Source of the DNA: Andalucia godoyi And28
Taxonomy: Eukaryota > Protista > Jakobida
DNA length: 64,000 nucleotides
Assembly (NCBI GenBank): GCA_009859145.1
Contig: VRVR01000039.1
Location: 208,233 to 272,232 of the forward strand
Direction: 5' to 3'
The position numbers were made by a program, and so were the translations under genes. The notes beneath the pieces are model-generated. The model did not search any database. It worked only from the letters and a program-made list of their open reading frames with translations, and was not told the origin of the DNA. Shown here in pieces: positions 60,876 to 64,000 of this stretch; the first letter of the stretch is position 1; each line of letters starts with the position of its first letter.

Positions 60876-61301
60876 AGGAATCTGTTTTTTTGTCATATTT
60901 GTCGTTGCATGAAATCCCTCCGCTTCCCGACAAGACAGCCTTGCGATTGCCTGTCCATCAATCACGAGAGCGGGATGCTCCTTACGTTCCCTGACCAGCG
61001 TGGAAAAATACTAATAGACCAGAACGTCGGTGCTCGTCCCACGATCCCACGTGCATTTCATGCTGCGAGGCGTCTGTTGTAAAAAAAACATGTGCCCTGT
61101 CACTTTTTCTTTCCTCTTGCTTCGCCGGAACTTTCGCGTGTGCAATGCTTCACAATCTGTGCTGCTGCGCCTGGGTTCTTCATGTGTTCGACCGTGATTC
61201 TTTTCTTGCGATTCCAGTCGGAAACTGGAAACTGGAGTCTGGAGTCTGGATCCCCCACTGCCGCCTCATTGGAACAGCAGATTTTTTGCAGTGGCGGGGG
61301 A

Positions 61302-63491
61302 ATGAGCGCGAAGTTGGCTACGCTTTCGTCTCTACGAAACACCTGTACGGACGGGTCGATCGATTTTCACACGTTTTGGTCACTTCCGGAAGCAGTTCGC
61401 TATCATTATGGCAGACGGTTTCGTCGCCGTACGCAGATGCCCGACGATTGGGAGGCACAAATTGAACGAGATCCAAATGCTGCTCTCCGATTCGCGTCGT
61501 CGCTGATGTCGTCGTTCGGCACGCTTCCTGAAGGGACGTTAACGTTCCTATTGACGATGATTGATCCTTGCCGATTAACTCTGCAGCACCCGGTCAAAGT
61601 CCTCAAATCCGATCCGTCTTTTCTCGTGTGGTTTGCAATGGCTGCGCTGCCAGATCGTGCTTTCCAGCATGAATCCGCACGTTTTCTGTCCATTCTGCTT
61701 TGCCTGCCACGCCCCTTCTCTGCTGCTGTCCGCTCGTTAATGATTTCGACGAACGCCATTACATTCTCGCCCTTTGCATATCCTACTTCACAAACTTCCT
61801 CTGGTGTCGATGATTTAGTGTTGCAATTTCGCAATGCTATGTACAAGCATTCTCCGCTCGCTGCCATCTCGTACCCGTTTAACACGTCGGCGTTGTGTTC
61901 GCTGTCTCTCCCAGCTCTTCGTGAACTGCTGGTGACCCTCCAGATTTCTCATTTTCGAATCTCGATCTCTTCAGCGATGTCTGTAGACTCTGCAGATCTT
62001 TCGGAGTCTGAGTGCATTGGCGCTATTTCGAAGTTTTTTAGTTCTGTGAGCGATTCGACGTTACTACTGCCTTTTCCGACTCCTCGCAACTCCCTGCACG
62101 GACTGGCTTCTGGTGCTCCTCTTTCGCTTGCAGGCGACGCAGGAGCGACCGAAACGACGCGGACGAGTGGTCTCTTGTCCAATAACGCTCGTGTAACTTT
62201 GGTGTCATCCGCAGTTCCGTCAATCACAACGCAGAAGTGCCTTTCAATGATGCTTGCCCACCATTCAAAGTCTCTCATCGTTTGCTCGAAACCTGCCGTC
62301 CCCGCCGTCATTTCTGCCCTCCCAGCTGATTTATCGGTCTGCGTGCTCTCGTCAGAATATGAGCAACGGTACGGAATATCAGACGCTTCAATTTCCGATC
62401 TCATTCCTCGATGGACAGAGCGAATGTGTTACAGAATGGAGATTTCTTCGCAGGCAGTCATTTCTTCGTTTTCAGATGCACTCGAGTTTCGTTGTGAATT
62501 AGCAAATGTCCACTTTGGGTCAGTTGCGGTTGTGGATTTCAAGAATGATCAAGAAGATATACGAGACCTGTTGGCAATCTTGAGCCCGTCCTTCCGAGAC
62601 GTGGTCATTGCACACAATCATCGCGCATATCCTGCAGGTGCTCCAGTCCTGAAACAGAATATGTTCGTTAACAAAGAAGATGAAAAAGAGGACATGGGCG
62701 AAATCCATGAAGTATCTCTGAAGGCAGATGTTGCATTGTTCATCGCCGAAGCGATGACATTCTTTGAGGAATATTCTTTCGAAATGTTCAATGTTCCTTC
62801 TTCAAAGAGTGCTAACGCAGGATTTTCCAAGACGCATCAGTTTATTGCTCTTGAGGAATCGGAACAAATAAGTCATGTCCATGTCCTTGGATTGAATGCA
62901 TTGCAAAACGTCGCCGAGGCCGAGTATGCTGTGCTGATGGTCCTCTACAGCTTGCTGCTAGGATATGCCATCGATGACTTCGCGATCGTGACATTGTTTC
63001 CTGTTCAAAAGAGACTTATTCGAGAAGTATGGACGCAGATGATCAATGCTCGAGGTCTAGGAAAGCTGCTTCACATCAAAGACGACGTTTCTGCACCTGT
63101 GTATGTCCTCGACGAAATCGCGCATCGCCAGTTTCCAATGGTCGTGTTTTCCATTACACGGACAATCGCCGAATTTTCAAAACTCGAAGTCACCGACGCC
63201 TTCATCGACGTATTCATGCTCACGGACGCAGACCTCTTGTCGCTGTTCGCAGTCACGAAAGACGGGCTCTATATCGTTGGCGCTCCGCACTCTTTCCAAC
63301 AGTTTGTAGCATTCGCGCCCTTGCGTGCGTTGTTCGATGATCGCAATGACCGACCATCCAAGCTAGAAATTGCCCTTGGCGAAGTGCACCCTACTGCGCG
63401 GAATGCAAAGGATCCCGGACTGTGCTACAACGTAGATTCCTTGGCACACTTGTCTGCCATCGTCGACAAGATGATCGAAGATCGCCGCTAG
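61302..63491 (+). CDS. Shortened, degenerate Aquarius (AQR/IBP160)-like protein
   Basis: QNVAEAEYAVLMVLYSLLLGY..FAIVTLFPVQKRLIREV and FSITRT..TKDGLYIVG align to the AQR C-terminal RecA2 region. No Walker A or B motif is visible. ATG 61302 chosen; the frame is open from 61092. Confidence 0.7.
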   Translation: MSAKLATLSSLRNTCTDGSIDFHTFWSLPEAVRYHYGRRFRRRTQMPDDWEAQIERDPNAALRFASSLMSSFGTLPEGTLTFLLTMIDPCRLTLQHPVKVLKSDPSFLVWFAMAALPDRAFQHESARFLSILLCLPRPFSAAVRSLMISTNAITFSPFAYPTSQTSSGVDDLVLQFRNAMYKHSPLAAISYPFNTSALCSLSLPALRELLVTLQISHFRISISSAMSVDSADLSESECIGAISKFFSSVSDSTLLLPFPTPRNSLHGLASGAPLSLAGDAGATETTRTSGLLSNNARVTLVSSAVPSITTQKCLSMMLAHHSKSLIVCSKPAVPAVISALPADLSVCVLSSEYEQRYGISDASISDLIPRWTERMCYRMEISSQAVISSFSDALEFRCELANVHFGSVAVVDFKNDQEDIRDLLAILSPSFRDVVIAHNHRAYPAGAPVLKQNMFVNKEDEKEDMGEIHEVSLKADVALFIAEAMTFFEEYSFEMFNVPSSKSANAGFSKTHQFIALEESEQISHVHVLGLNALQNVAEAEYAVLMVLYSLLLGYAIDDFAIVTLFPVQKRLIREVWTQMINARGLGKLLHIKDDVSAPVYVLDEIAHRQFPMVVFSITRTIAEFSKLEVTDAFIDVFMLTDADLLSLFAVTKDGLYIVGAPHSFQQFVAFAPLRALFDDRNDRPSKLEIALGEVHPTARNAKDPGLCYNVDSLAHLSAIVDKMIEDRR

Positions 63492-63699
63492 CATGGATTC
63501 TTGTCATCTCAACACGATCAATGAGGATGATGCCAACCATTGCCCCTTTGTTCAGTCGATCAGAAGGGGACAGACTAATCGGCCTTTCTGTCCCTGGCGT
63601 CCTAATGAGAATATTTGTTGCTGATGCGTTGAAAGGATACATTTCCATTCGCCGAAGATTGACAAACAGCTGATCGCTGAACAATTGGCGATATCGTAA

Positions 63700-63916
63700 A
63701 GGCAGGTATTCTTGCCGGTTTTTTCGCACTTGTCATGCCGGGTCATTGTCGGGTCATTCCAATTGAAAACCATCCGATTTTTTTTTTTCAAATTCGTGTT
63801 CAGCGCAGCGAGCTTCATGCGTAAAATTTTCTTCTGATAATGTTTCATTGTATTGTTATCAGCACTGCAAAATGGTCGAAATTTAATTAAGAGGCAGGTA
63901 TTCTTGCCGGTTTTTT
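63700..63916 (+). repeat. Exact 25-bp direct repeat AGGCAGGTATTCTTGCCGGTTTTTT at 63700-63724 and 63892-63916
   Basis: Directly visible. Each copy has a 6-bp stem (one G-T pair), a TATT loop and a T6 run. Confidence 0.85.
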
Positions 63917-64000
63917 GCTGAAAATGTTTTGGCGCGCTTTCTTCTTTTTTCCGTTCGTTTTTCATCAAAACCAATCAGAATGGTCAAAAAACGATCCTCT

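Noticed and set aside
63391-63729. 112-aa minus-strand ORF with an ASCH-like GAMVGII stretch
   Set aside because: It overlaps the 3' end of the Aquarius-like gene, starts at a non-ATG codon and rests on a single short motif.
63700-63916. Possible CRISPR array (palindromic 25-bp repeats)
   Set aside because: Only two copies, 167 nt of intervening sequence, a eukaryotic context and no cas genes.

Overview
Gene-dense, nearly intron-free eukaryotic nuclear DNA in the standard code. BBS5 indicates a ciliated or flagellated unicellular organism; I cannot assign the species. About 30 protein genes are separated by short AT- and microsatellite-rich spacers, and there is one tRNA-Glu(CTC). Recognisable housekeeping genes are BBS5, SSRP1, UBA5, a syntaxin-8-like SNARE, TADA3-like, POLE3, DCAF8-like, a nucleoplasmin-like protein, TMEM115-like, two RCC1-repeat proteins, three PLAC8 genes, acetolactate synthase, ecto-5'-nucleotidase and a PaaI thioesterase. 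Two things stand out. (1) Four decayed Fanzor/TnpB-like relics lie in spacers (11.4-11.7 kb minus, 38.3-38.7 kb plus, 39.1-39.5 kb plus, 40.7-41.7 kb minus) and are mostly invisible in the ORF track. All four retain a shared 3' module: a tetraloop hairpin (UUCG or GCGA) and a terminal TGT(A/T)(G/A)GCG, after which each has a different flank; three also keep an upstream GGGGCC..CCCTTCCC box. This is the layout expected of omegaRNA scaffold plus guide. (2) A 2358-aa single-exon FAAL-ACP-KS-AT-ACP-oxoamine synthase has the domain order of bacterial RedL/MarL. Several proteins look catalytically degenerate: an Amt without the twin His, tandem pseudo-GTPases, a shrunken Aquarius and a partial BEACH domain. 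All family assignments are from motif recognition by eye; no searches were run.
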